A stretch of DNA of 64,000 nucleotides, from the IMG/VR virus record IMGVR_UViG_3300034101_003554, positions 1 through 64,000 of that record. One strand, 5' to 3'. Positions within the stretch are counted from its first letter, which is position 1. Every line of letters begins with the position of its first letter. The notes beneath the pieces were generated by a model, which had not been told where the DNA came from, made no database searches, and saw only the letters and a list, made by a program, of their open reading frames with translations. A program made the position numbers and the translations under genes. The DNA is from a virus. Below, piece by piece: positions 21,988-31,791 of this stretch.

Positions 21988-22266
21988 TTATAAATCAACC
22001 ATTCGCATTGAACATGCCAAAATTAATTTTGTTTTCGGTAAATCCAATAACTCCCAACTCCTTTCCAACAAAAAATCGGATCCAACATTCATTGTCTCTA
22101 ACAAATATTCTTGATTGGTGTATAATAACTTATAATTTATTATCGTTTCATTGTGTCTTGAACCTACAATTATTGAACTAATGTCAACACTACTTCCTTT
22201 ACCATATAGGTCTTCAAGATATTCAATCAAAACTTTATTCATTAATAGTGTTAAACGTCTTTTCAT
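21988..22266 (-). CDS. Hypothetical protein (start moved to MKRRL)
   Basis: Upstream part of the ORF overlaps the divergent gene. Confidence 0.6.
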   Translation of the reverse strand: MKRRLTLLMNKVLIEYLEDLYGKGSSVDISSIIVGSRHNETIINYKLLYTNQEYLLETMNVGSDFLLERSWELLDLPKTKLILACSMRMVDL

Positions 22267-22308
22267 TAACCAATAATATTTATATTTAAATAGATAATCA
22301 ATTTTATT

Positions 22309-22773
22309 ATGAAAAAAATAATAATTTCGGAGAACGAAAAAAGAAGAATACTTAACAAACATTATGGTGATGTTAACCAAGAATTGTTTGAATACCTTAA
22401 AACAATTTTTAATGTAAGTAATGACCTTATGTTCCATAATCTAACCGATGGTAGAGCAAATAAAATTGATTTTGTTGCCAAATATACTGATATGTTTGGT
22501 GTTGAGGTTAAAGAGTATTTTAGATATCTTAATAATAAAAAAGTATTAAAGGAAGAGATTGTTAATTTTCTAAAATATGACCCAAAAATATATAAGATAC
22601 TTCAAATTGGTGGATTTAAAAAATTAACTAATCTGATACAAACAGCTGAAACTGATTCTGACCGAGAATTTTATGAAAATGAAATGTCAAATCAAATGGA
22701 AATTCATATGAATGAAGTTGAACACCCTCTCAATCTAGTAGTGAAAAGATTTTTGGATTTTTATATCAAATAA
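22309..22773 (+). CDS. Hypothetical protein with IxE leader
   Basis: MKKIIISENEKRRILNKH. Confidence 0.8.
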   Translation: MKKIIISENEKRRILNKHYGDVNQELFEYLKTIFNVSNDLMFHNLTDGRANKIDFVAKYTDMFGVEVKEYFRYLNNKKVLKEEIVNFLKYDPKIYKILQIGGFKKLTNLIQTAETDSDREFYENEMSNQMEIHMNEVEHPLNLVVKRFLDFYIK

Positions 22774-22843
22774 TTTTTTACTTTGAATTTCTTTTCTTAC
22801 TTTTGTGATGATTATTAACTCACCCATTAAACTTATAGTCATT

Positions 22844-23095
22844 ATGAACAGAAAAGGACCTTACAACCAGTACACTTGGATTATGACAGTTTTGGATTCT
22901 TGTGAAAACCCAAGTCAAGTTGAAACAACTCAAAAACTTTTTGAACTATATCTCAAAAAATGGGGTAAAGATATAAGTGAAGTTAGTAAAACTACTTTAA
23001 CAAGTAACTTTGATAAGGAAACTAAATCAAAATCATATAAATTGAGAAAAAACAAATCATTTTTTTCAAAATTCTCTCAAATTTTTTTGTTCTAA
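22844..23095 (+). CDS. Hypothetical protein
   Basis: ATG start MNRKGP. Confidence 0.65.
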   Translation: MNRKGPYNQYTWIMTVLDSCENPSQVETTQKLFELYLKKWGKDISEVSKTTLTSNFDKETKSKSYKLRKNKSFFSKFSQIFLF

Positions 23096-23111
23096 ATAAA
23101 AAATATTCAAA

Positions 23112-23669
23112 ATGTCTTACTCATATACTTGGTTTGGTAGAACCAAACGGTTTCTAATGCGAGATTTACCTAATTTCTTTAGGAATATATACAAATTCAG
23201 AAAAGCTCTGTGGAATCACCATTGGTGGGATTATAGTGGTACATTAGATTTCATTGAAATAGGTGTAAATGACATCGCTAATGGTGTTGAAAATAAAGGT
23301 ATCGAAATTGAACACAGCAGAATGAAGAAAGTAGCTAAAATGAGACGTGCTACTGAGATAATTAAAAACATTAGAGAAGATAGATATTTCGATATTGTAG
23401 AAGCGGAAATGGGTAGAGGTTTGAGTGGGTTTAATTATGATTTTATACCTCTTGAAGATAAACCAGGTTTCTTGGAAATGGTAGATAAAGATTCTGAAGA
23501 AGAACAAGAGTTCAAAAATAGATATTTTGCAAGAATTAGAGAACTTGAAGAAATAGAATGGAATGAACTTTGGGAAATATTGAAAGGTCAACATCCAAGT
23601 GTTTATAAAAATGAAGGGAATTGGGATGATATTTTTGATGGCTCTGGTATGAGAGGATGGTGGGATTAA
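23112..23669 (+). CDS. Hypothetical phage protein
   Basis: 185 aa ending MRGWWD. Confidence 0.8.
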   Translation: MSYSYTWFGRTKRFLMRDLPNFFRNIYKFRKALWNHHWWDYSGTLDFIEIGVNDIANGVENKGIEIEHSRMKKVAKMRRATEIIKNIREDRYFDIVEAEMGRGLSGFNYDFIPLEDKPGFLEMVDKDSEEEQEFKNRYFARIRELEEIEWNELWEILKGQHPSVYKNEGNWDDIFDGSGMRGWWD

Positions 23670-23690
23670 TAATTTTTAAACTAATTTACA

Positions 23691-24410
23691 ATGAAAATTA
23701 CATTTGTATCAGATACACATAGTAAACATAAATTAATCGAGAAGGATTTACCTGGAGGTAATCTTTTAATTCATGCTGGGGATATGTCTTCAATGGGTTA
23801 TAATCACGAGATACAAGATTTCTGTCAATGGTTTGATGGATTGGATTACGATTTCAAAGTATTCATTGCTGGTAATCACGATTGGGGTTTCATAGATAGA
23901 GAACCATTCTTTGTTCATAAGAGTGTTCTAATACCTAGACGTACCGAAGAAATATTAAACAGCTATAAGAACTTTGAATACCTAAGAGATAGTTCAGTAG
24001 AAGTCCAAATTGGGGACGAAAAACCTGTGAAGATATATGGCAGTCCTTGGCAACCAGAATTCTTTGATTGGGCATTTAATCTACCAAGAAAAGGTGAGGA
24101 ACTAAAACGCAGATGGGATAATATTCCAACCGATACTGACATCCTTATCACTCACGGACCAGCTTATGGTTATGTTGACCAAGTTATTGGTAGAACTGAA
24201 CATCTAGGTTGTGAATTATTGGCTGATAGAATCAAAGAAATTAAACCAAAGATTCACGTTTGTGGTCACATTCACTCAGGATATGGCTATGTATTTGATG
24301 GTGATACTCATTATATTAATGCAAGTGTATTGAATGAAAGATATGAGTATAAAAACAAACCATTAACTGTGGAATGGAATCCTAAAACAAATGAATTGGA
24401 ATTCATATAA
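23691..24410 (+). CDS. Calcineurin-like metallophosphoesterase
   Basis: SDTH, HAGD, GNHD, THGP, GHIH motifs. Confidence 0.92.
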   Translation: MKITFVSDTHSKHKLIEKDLPGGNLLIHAGDMSSMGYNHEIQDFCQWFDGLDYDFKVFIAGNHDWGFIDREPFFVHKSVLIPRRTEEILNSYKNFEYLRDSSVEVQIGDEKPVKIYGSPWQPEFFDWAFNLPRKGEELKRRWDNIPTDTDILITHGPAYGYVDQVIGRTEHLGCELLADRIKEIKPKIHVCGHIHSGYGYVFDGDTHYINASVLNERYEYKNKPLTVEWNPKTNELEFI

Positions 24411-24440
24411 AAAAACCCCCAATAAAATGGGGAGTTTTTT

Positions 24441-25241
24441 TTAAGATAATAAACTATTAAATTTTTTGAATTCTTGTAAACGATGTGCTAAACCATTTGT
24501 ACCTCCATTTACTCTTCTTGTTACTTTTGTTACAACATCATCTGTTGAACCTTCATCACACATAGACCAAAGACCTACATTATTGAAAAAGAATGCTGCA
24601 GAACCAAGAGGATATTTAGTTGCAACTAAATCAGGGTTTGCTACACAATCTTCACCAATGAATTTTGAGAAGATTTCATAATTTTGTTTACCTGTAAGTT
24701 GAATGTAACCGCGACCACGGAATTTCCACCCCTCTTTAGTCGTTTCATCACCATTGCCCATTCTACTTCCATAAACACGAGAAGCAATTTTCTCAGGTTG
24801 GTGGGCATAAGATTCAGCCAAGTTACCAGCAAAATAACCACCAAAGATTCTCATTAAACCTTCTTTTGAATAATTTAAATTTTCTGTAAGGATTTTAAAA
24901 TTACCCGATTCGTGAGAACATTGAGCTAAGAAATGCGCTAAACGAAGATTTGTGATAAGGTTAAATTTTTCAGCGATTAAACCAATTTCATCAATCACAT
25001 TTTGAGGTATGTGACCTTTAAGTTTATCCAATTTTAATGGTTCTTTTTTGACTACAGGAATTTCAATTCCCATTTTACCCAAAGTAATAGGCCCTGCAAC
25101 ACCATCAGCGGTTAGTCCATTCTTAGATTGCCATTCTTTTAGTGCTGATTCGGTTTTAGGTCCGAAGTCACCATCAGCTGTAACTCCTAGTTTTTCTTGG
25201 AGGAGTTTTACCAAGTTTCCTTTTGATCCGATTTTTAACAT
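24441..25241 (-). CDS. Endolysin: peptidoglycan-binding domain plus GH19
   Basis: DGDFGPKT..WQ..NGLTADG; FLAQCSHES; FRGRGYIQLTG; VNGGTNGL. Confidence 0.92.
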   Translation of the reverse strand: MLKIGSKGNLVKLLQEKLGVTADGDFGPKTESALKEWQSKNGLTADGVAGPITLGKMGIEIPVVKKEPLKLDKLKGHIPQNVIDEIGLIAEKFNLITNLRLAHFLAQCSHESGNFKILTENLNYSKEGLMRIFGGYFAGNLAESYAHQPEKIASRVYGSRMGNGDETTKEGWKFRGRGYIQLTGKQNYEIFSKFIGEDCVANPDLVATKYPLGSAAFFFNNVGLWSMCDEGSTDDVVTKVTRRVNGGTNGLAHRLQEFKKFNSLLS

Positions 25242-25344
25242 AGTATAATAGTTTTTTATATAAATACCAACTTTTATTCGAATTTAGATATTTATAATTG
25301 TTAAATTTAATAAAAACTATTTACTTTTAAAAGAAAAAATATAT

Positions 25345-25842
25345 ATGAAGCATTTATTTGAAATTGTCAAAGAGGGGTTATTTGGATTTTGGTTATCGAT
25401 TTTGACGTTTTTTGCCCCTTCTGCTGGAATATTATTGGTTGTCCTAGGATTTGTATTACTTGATATCATTACAGCTTATTGTAGGATAATTAAACAACGT
25501 AGAGAGGGGGTTAAAATTAGATGGACTTCAAGAGCTTTTGTGAGAGGGTTTGTTCCAAAATTAATTGGGTATACCTCACTGATATTGTTGTTTTTTATGT
25601 TGGATGTTTTTTTACTAGATGAATTTGTTAAATATGTAATACCTATACAACATCTATCAACCAAGATAATAAGTTTGGGTCTAATTTATGCTGAAATGAA
25701 ATCAATTGATGAGAATTGGAAAGTAATGTTTGGGAAAGGACTTATACGTCACGTTTTAGATTTAGTTAATTTTGGTAAGAATATAAAGAATAATTTAAAA
25801 GAATTTAATGACGAAAAATATAAAGAAGGTGAACAAGAATAA
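25345..25842 (+). CDS. Putative holin (phage_holin_4-like)
   Basis: Transmembrane helices, LDIITA...EMKSIDEN, adjacent to the endolysin. Confidence 0.7.
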   Translation: MKHLFEIVKEGLFGFWLSILTFFAPSAGILLVVLGFVLLDIITAYCRIIKQRREGVKIRWTSRAFVRGFVPKLIGYTSLILLFFMLDVFLLDEFVKYVIPIQHLSTKIISLGLIYAEMKSIDENWKVMFGKGLIRHVLDLVNFGKNIKNNLKEFNDEKYKEGEQE

Positions 25843-25853
25843 AAAAAAGGGGT

Positions 25854-26039
25854 CTATTTCGACCCCTTTTTTAATTTACTAAACTTTGGTTCTCCTTTAT
25901 AGATATTTTCTATTTCATATGGTGTTTTACTGATTCTTTTGTCATATTTCCATATTTGAATGATATCATCCCCATCAACAACGACCTCGTATTTAGTAGT
26001 CCCAGTATTAATGGTTTCAGGATTTTGTTTTTTTGCCAT
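25854..26039 (-). CDS. Hypothetical protein
   Basis: 61 aa ORF coupled to the upstream gene. Confidence 0.65.
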   Translation of the reverse strand: MAKKQNPETINTGTTKYEVVVDGDDIIQIWKYDKRISKTPYEIENIYKGEPKFSKLKKGSK

Positions 26040-26041
26040 AA

Positions 26042-26875
26042 TTAAGCGATGTCTAGACTAAGTTTTTTTTGAAGATTAAGTTCATACGCTCTTGCCAGTC
26101 TGGTCATACCACAACCCCAACCAAATCTTGGGAAGAAGTCCAAAGATAAGAAATCTTCCAAATCTTTTTCTACTCTTTCCTTACCAAATAATTCAAAAAG
26201 TTTTCCAGCGTAGTTTCCACCTTCAATTGTGTAGAACATTTCTTTCATACTCTCTTTATCACAACTTCTTTCGGCTGACCCAATAGTCTCTTGGCCGAAT
26301 AATATCACGTCAACCTTTTGGAATTTATCACCCTCACCCTTTTGCATATTCCAAAATGGGTTTGTTCTTAATGGGAAGTTTTGAAGGGAGATTGAATCAC
26401 CGATTTCATCCCACATTTTTGTTTCGTGTTCAGCTTCAAGAATTTCTGTTCCATAATGTTCACATAGTTGGTTATAATCAACAACTTTTGGTGTATCAAA
26501 ACCAAGATATTCCAACATTTCAGCTTGAAGTTTAACCATATCTTCTTTTGTACCTTTAGTTTCAACTTCAAACATAGGGAAAATTAAATCATGTCTTCCA
26601 GGTATTGGTGTTTTCTCTTGTCTATATGATGTTGAGATACAATATACTCCAGGATATTCAGGATTTTTCAATAATTCGTACTCAAGCCACATCTGTCCAG
26701 TCTGCGGCAATGGCCAAACCTCATTAGAATACTCAAATGTTGTGATGCTATGTGGATTTTCACATGCGGCTAAGATTGATAATCTTGATTGTACTGGAAC
26801 TTCCAAGAAACCTTTAGCTTGGAAGAAGGTTCTCATCTTTTGAACCAATTCATTGTAAATTTTTGTGTTTTTCAT
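26042..26875 (-). CDS. Class II aminoacyl-tRNA synthetase catalytic-core paralog (AsnRS/AspRS-like; possibly asparagine synthetase type)
   Basis: Motif 1 (FFQAKGFLEVP), motif 2 (SYRQE...RH..FPMFEVE), motif 3 (GWGCGMTRL); no anticodon-binding domain. Confidence 0.75.
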   Translation of the reverse strand: MKNTKIYNELVQKMRTFFQAKGFLEVPVQSRLSILAACENPHSITTFEYSNEVWPLPQTGQMWLEYELLKNPEYPGVYCISTSYRQEKTPIPGRHDLIFPMFEVETKGTKEDMVKLQAEMLEYLGFDTPKVVDYNQLCEHYGTEILEAEHETKMWDEIGDSISLQNFPLRTNPFWNMQKGEGDKFQKVDVILFGQETIGSAERSCDKESMKEMFYTIEGGNYAGKLFELFGKERVEKDLEDFLSLDFFPRFGWGCGMTRLARAYELNLQKKLSLDIA

Positions 26876-26912
26876 TTTTTTTAAAAATTGTTTTTATGTG
26901 TTAATTTATGTA

Positions 26913-26943
26913 TAAAAAAAATCCCCCTAATAATAGGAGGATT
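26913..26943 (-). terminator. Intrinsic terminator upstream of the aaRS-like gene
   Basis: aatcctcct/agggggatt stem plus U-tract on the minus strand. Confidence 0.7.
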
Positions 26944-26986
26944 AGTAAGATAAAACGCGATTTATGTTGATTAGATTAGTACCCAT
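26942..26986 (-). CDS. Putative leader peptide MGTNLININRVLSY
   Basis: 14 aa, three Asn codons, stop overlaps the terminator, TATTTAT motif upstream. Confidence 0.5.
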   Translation of the reverse strand: MGTNLININRVLSY

Positions 26987-27057
26987 TGATTTTTATTTTA
27001 GGAATAAATACTATAAAGTTTTCAAAAAAACAATAATTTGATAAAAAAAATTTAATT

Positions 27058-27086
27058 TGTCATAAAAACTGACAAATTGTCAGTTA
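27058..27086. promoter_or_regulatory. TGACA-N3-TGTCA palindromic site upstream of dnaK
   Basis: aactgacaaattgtcagtt plus an adjacent tgtca half-site. Confidence 0.5.
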
Positions 27087-27181
27087 TTTTCATTATGGTC
27101 TAGTTTTTATATATTGAAATATGAATTTTGGATTGACTCCATAAAAAATAAAACATATAATTAAACAAAAACAGAAAAATT

Positions 27182-29041
27182 ATGAGCAAAATTTTAGGAA
27201 TTGACTTAGGTACGACAAATTCGTGCGTTGCAATTATGGAAAATGGTGAACCAGTAATTATCACCAATTCGGAAGGTAAAAGAACTACCCCATCAATTGT
27301 TGGATTTATTGATGGAGGGGAAAGAAAGATTGGAGACCCCGCTAAAAGACAATCTGTAACAAATCCAGACAAGACCGTTTATTCAATTAAACGATTTATG
27401 GGCTCAAATTATGACGAAATCAAGTCTGAGGTTAAGAGAGTACCATATAATGTCGTAAAAGGGAAAAATAACACACCTAAAGTGAAGATTGATGGTAAGG
27501 AATATTCTCCACAAGAAATTTCAGCTATGGTATTACAGAAAATGAAACAAACTGCTGAAGATTATTTGGGTCAATCAATAACTGAAGCGGTTATTACAGT
27601 ACCAGCATACTTTAATGATGCTCAAAGACAAGCAACAAAGGAAGCTGGAGAGATTGCAGGGTTGAATGTAAGACGTATTATCAATGAACCAACGGCCGCA
27701 GCATTGGCTTATGGTCTAGATAAGAAGAACAAAGACTCAAAAATCGTTGTTTTTGACTGTGGTGGTGGTACTCATGACGTTTCTATCCTTGAATTGGGTG
27801 GTGGAGTATTTGAAGTATTGTCAACTGATGGTGATACTCACCTTGGAGGTGATGATTTTGACCAAGCAATTGTTGATTGGTTGACAACAGAGTTTAAAAA
27901 TGAGAATGGAGGTTGGGTTGATGATTCAATGTCATTACAAAGACTTAGAGAAGCCGCAGAAAAGGCAAAAGTTGAACTTTCATCGGCTCTAAATACTGAA
28001 ATTAACCTACCATACTTTATGGTTATTGATAATCAACCAAAACACCTTGTAAAAACACTTACAAGAGCTAAATTTGAACAGATTATTGACAAATTGGTTG
28101 AAAGAACAATAAATCCTTGTAAATCAGCCCTTAAAAACGCTGGATTATCTGTAAATGACATTGATGAAATCATTTTGGTTGGGGGATCCACAAGAATTCC
28201 AGCAATTCAAGAGGCGGTTAAGAAATTCTTTGGAAAAGAACCATCAAAAGGTGTAAATCCTGATGAAGTTGTTGCTCTAGGTGCTGCAATTCAAGGTGGT
28301 GTATTAGCTGGAGACGTAAAAGATGTACTTTTATTGGATGTAACCCCACTTTCATTAGGAATTGAGACTATGGGGGGTATTATGACCAAATTAATTGAGG
28401 CAAATACCACAATTCCGACCAAAAAGTCTCAAATTTTCTCTACAGCCGTAGATAATCAACCATCTGTAGAAATTCACGTATTACAAGGTGAAAGGTCAAT
28501 GGCAAAAGACAACAAAACTATTGGTAAATTCCATCTGGATGGTATTCCACCATCAATGAGAGGTGTTCCTCAGATTGAAGTGACATTTGACATTGATTCA
28601 AATGGTATTATTAATGTTTCTGCTCTAGATAAGGGTACAAATAAGAAACAAACCATTAGAATTGAGTCATCATCAGGACTTTCACAAGAAGAAATTGATA
28701 GAATGAAGAAAGAAGCTGAAGAAAACGCTGAAAGTGATAGATTAGCTAAAGAAAAAGTTGAAAAAATCAATGAAGCTGATAGTACAATCTTTAATATTGA
28801 GAAAACAATGAAAGATTTGGATGAAAAAATCAGTGATGAACACAAAGAAGAAATTAAAAAAGGTTTAGAAGAATTGAGAGAAGCTAAAAATACTGGTGAA
28901 ATGGATAAAATTAATACAGCACTAGATAATGTTAACTCAACTATGCAAAAAGTTACACAAGAACTCTATAGTAATGCAGGACAAACTGAAAATACTGATG
29001 GATTTACAGGGTCAGATGTAGAATTTGAAGAAGTGAAGTAA
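27182..29041 (+). CDS. dnaK: Chaperone DnaK (Hsp70)
   Basis: [41 protein letters not shown]. Confidence 0.98.
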   Translation: MSKILGIDLGTTNSCVAIMENGEPVIITNSEGKRTTPSIVGFIDGGERKIGDPAKRQSVTNPDKTVYSIKRFMGSNYDEIKSEVKRVPYNVVKGKNNTPKVKIDGKEYSPQEISAMVLQKMKQTAEDYLGQSITEAVITVPAYFNDAQRQATKEAGEIAGLNVRRIINEPTAAALAYGLDKKNKDSKIVVFDCGGGTHDVSILELGGGVFEVLSTDGDTHLGGDDFDQAIVDWLTTEFKNENGGWVDDSMSLQRLREAAEKAKVELSSALNTEINLPYFMVIDNQPKHLVKTLTRAKFEQIIDKLVERTINPCKSALKNAGLSVNDIDEIILVGGSTRIPAIQEAVKKFFGKEPSKGVNPDEVVALGAAIQGGVLAGDVKDVLLLDVTPLSLGIETMGGIMTKLIEANTTIPTKKSQIFSTAVDNQPSVEIHVLQGERSMAKDNKTIGKFHLDGIPPSMRGVPQIEVTFDIDSNGIINVSALDKGTNKKQTIRIESSSGLSQEEIDRMKKEAEENAESDRLAKEKVEKINEADSTIFNIEKTMKDLDEKISDEHKEEIKKGLEELREAKNTGEMDKINTALDNVNSTMQKVTQELYSNAGQTENTDGFTGSDVEFEEVK

Positions 29042-29055
29042 ATAAAAGCCCCCAA

Positions 29056-29352
29056 TTAAACGTTGGGGGTTTCTTCTTTTTGCTCTTCAGTTTTCTTTTC
29101 TTTTTGAATTTGGTGAATTATATAACCTGAGATTGCAAATTCAACTCCAGCCCACATAATTAAATCAGTCATAGATAATGTGGAGTGCTTTTCAAGTAGG
29201 AAGAAAATCATACCCCATTGTGCTACAATGAATGCAATACCAGATTCAATTCTTTTTTTGGAAAATATTGAGTTCTTTGAAGAATAAATTTTACCAATTT
29301 CTCTAATTAACCATTTGGTATTTTCCCATCCAAAAAATAATTTCTTTTTCAT
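29056..29352 (-). CDS. Small membrane protein
   Basis: Two hydrophobic segments. Confidence 0.7.
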   Translation of the reverse strand: MKKKLFFGWENTKWLIREIGKIYSSKNSIFSKKRIESGIAFIVAQWGMIFFLLEKHSTLSMTDLIMWAGVEFAISGYIIHQIQKEKKTEEQKEETPNV

Positions 29353-29395
29353 AATAGTTTTATTTATAAATATAATGAAAAAAAATGTTCTTCAG

Positions 29396-29424
29396 TGAAC
29401 TTTATAGTAAGTTAGTTCGTTATA
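29396..29424 (+). promoter_or_regulatory. ECF-sigma-like promoter TGAACT-N16-CGTTATA
   Basis: Variant of the repeated motif. Confidence 0.5.
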
Positions 29425-29463
29425 TCATTATAACATTTAGCCACCATTTTAAATTTTACAACT

Positions 29464-30249
29464 ATGAGAAACTTAATTCTGTTCCTATTGATTAGTGTTT
29501 CTTTGTTTGGTCAAAGAAAACCATCAGATGTTGTTGATGTTAATAACTTCGATTATGTCTATGCTGAAAAACTTTTACACGATAAGTTTGTTACTGAGTT
29601 AGGTAAAATCTTCAAAGATAGTACATATTTCATAAATGAAGGGATTAATGAAATATTTTATAATTATAATGGATCCTATACTAAAGATAGTATTGCTCAC
29701 AAGGCAATTGAGTATCAACTAAGTCATTTTAAAAATGGCGGTAAATTTGGCCATAGAAATACTGTAATGTTTCGAGGTGTTTTATTGCCTTTTCTTGATG
29801 ATAGATTTTATTTTTTTAATAATAAAAAACTTAATACCAATTACTCTTTAATCTGTCAAGAAGTCTGTGCATACATTCCTTATACTCTTAATGTTAGAGA
29901 TACCACTAAAAAACAATATTATATTTTAGATTCAGTATATCTAAGAGAAAATAATGATTATAGATTTAAAAAAACAAATAAATTAAATGACACTAAAACT
30001 TATTTCACATGGAATGAAAAAGAAAAATGTTATTCAAGTGAAATAAAAGAGGAATTAACTTATGACGATTTTACTTATGAAATTGTAATTGACAATATCT
30101 ACAAGGCATTAATGAACTCATTTAAACACAAAATATCAATATTAGATGCGTACCAAAATAATTCAAAATGTTATTGGAAAATAATATTTAAACGTACAGC
30201 TAATAATATAGAAATATGGTCTGGTGCTTTTTTTTATGAATTAAATTAA
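29464..30249 (+). CDS. Secreted hypothetical protein (weak CAP-like motifs)
   Basis: Signal peptide; FGH, QEV, NSFKHKISIL. Confidence 0.65.
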   Translation: MRNLILFLLISVSLFGQRKPSDVVDVNNFDYVYAEKLLHDKFVTELGKIFKDSTYFINEGINEIFYNYNGSYTKDSIAHKAIEYQLSHFKNGGKFGHRNTVMFRGVLLPFLDDRFYFFNNKKLNTNYSLICQEVCAYIPYTLNVRDTTKKQYYILDSVYLRENNDYRFKKTNKLNDTKTYFTWNEKEKCYSSEIKEELTYDDFTYEIVIDNIYKALMNSFKHKISILDAYQNNSKCYWKIIFKRTANNIEIWSGAFFYELN

Positions 30250-30289
30250 AATTAAAACCCTCCTATATATAGGAGGGTTTTAATTTTAA

Positions 30290-31672
30290 TTACTTTAGTT
30301 CATATTGGTGAAAAGTAACCTCATAAAACATTACAGGGTAATACTTTTTTTCTTTATACATTTGAGGTCTTCTTAAACTCCTATCAACACACAACCTACC
30401 AGTTGTTTTATATTGTTCTAGTGCGTTAGCGCTACTAGCTTTATATATTGTACCCATATCTATGTTATCAATGATTAATTCCCTACCACTGATAACTGCT
30501 GCCACTTTTGATTTTCCATTGAATTCTGTAGGTGTAATAACAGGGAGTATATTTTTATATTTAATCATTGTTTCCTCATCGACACCCCAAAATAAACCGG
30601 GTTGTCCTTCCATTTTTAATTGTACACCTGGTACTGAAAATTTTTCGTCTTGTTGACCCCTAAAAATTGGAAGTGTTAGTAGACCTATATACGTCCCATC
30701 GGCAAGGTTAATTTTTTCTTTTGGTGGGGTAGGTTCAAATGTGGTTTCAGAATCTGAACTAGTTAATTGTGGAATAAAATCCATTCTCCTAAAAGTTGGA
30801 CCAATTTCTGCTGGGTTTGCACTTCCATCTTGATTTAAATGGTTTACTACACGTAATATAGATTTACCACCATTATCATTTAGTTTAAGTATACCCATTA
30901 TTTTATCCATTAAAGATTTATCAGTAAAAACTTGAGCTAACCTTGGTGCACTATTTTTAATTGTATTTAAAAAAATATTATAAGAAACTTTAGCTCTTTG
31001 TGTTGCTAACCAATCATTTCTTTGAAATAAATTTGTTATACCGTCAAAAACAATATTAAATCCATTATTTTGGTGGTCAGCAGTAATTGTTGCGTCAACA
31101 AAACTAGGGGGACTTCCATCAGCGTGACCTTCAATGATAAAACCATTACCTAAAAATTTTAAAATAGCATTTTTATCTCTACCATTAGTTAAATATACTT
31201 TATTCATTATTTCGACTAATCTTTTTGCCTCTTCTTCCAATTGTTTAACAACAACACTAGTTGGTGTTATTAGATTATTACCAAATTGATTATTTGCATT
31301 AAATGTAAATGTTTGACCTGGAACTGAAATTGGTGGTTTTTGAGTACCCGGAATTGTAGTTTTTGATTTCCATCCTCCACCAAGTCCTGCTAAAACACTT
31401 GAAAATTTCAGGCTAAATTTTTGTTCATTATAAATAACTCCTCTAGCTTGATAAAAATTTAAGTCCCCCTTCATAGACTCAGCCCAATTTGAAAAATCCA
31501 TTTGGAAAAATCCTTCTCTACCTAATTCAACAGCATTCTTTACTGCCCACCCAAGTGGATCATGTTCATTCAAATAAGTCCTTTTTACTTGACTTTCAGT
31601 CATAAGTTGTCCAGGTTTGTATCCCAATAGGAATTTTAATCTATTTAATTCTTCGTTTAAATTATTCTTCAT
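30290..31672 (-). CDS. Leader-bearing protein with an OmpA-C-like motif
   Basis: LNEELNR leader; IIEGHADG ... NDWLATQRA. Confidence 0.6.
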   Translation of the reverse strand: MKNNLNEELNRLKFLLGYKPGQLMTESQVKRTYLNEHDPLGWAVKNAVELGREGFFQMDFSNWAESMKGDLNFYQARGVIYNEQKFSLKFSSVLAGLGGGWKSKTTIPGTQKPPISVPGQTFTFNANNQFGNNLITPTSVVVKQLEEEAKRLVEIMNKVYLTNGRDKNAILKFLGNGFIIEGHADGSPPSFVDATITADHQNNGFNIVFDGITNLFQRNDWLATQRAKVSYNIFLNTIKNSAPRLAQVFTDKSLMDKIMGILKLNDNGGKSILRVVNHLNQDGSANPAEIGPTFRRMDFIPQLTSSDSETTFEPTPPKEKINLADGTYIGLLTLPIFRGQQDEKFSVPGVQLKMEGQPGLFWGVDEETMIKYKNILPVITPTEFNGKSKVAAVISGRELIIDNIDMGTIYKASSANALEQYKTTGRLCVDRSLRRPQMYKEKKYYPVMFYEVTFHQYELK

Positions 31673-31712
31673 ATTTTTTTTTATTTATAAATATATTAAT
31701 TTTTAAAAAAAG

Positions 31713-31744
31713 AAAAGGAGAAGTAGCGAATTTCTCCTTTTTTT
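31713..31744. terminator. Bidirectional terminator whose loop matches 23S rRNA H71 sequence
   Basis: aaaaggagaa-gtagcgaat-ttctcctttt. Confidence 0.7.
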
Positions 31745-31791
31745 GTTACCATAACTAGTAACGGTCCTAAAAGTCCTCCTAAGAGGTTAGA

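Noticed and set aside
31713-31770. rRNA gene fragment or host contamination
   Set aside because: The match is short, permuted and embedded in a phage-type terminator between phage genes; kept as a finding rather than an rRNA feature
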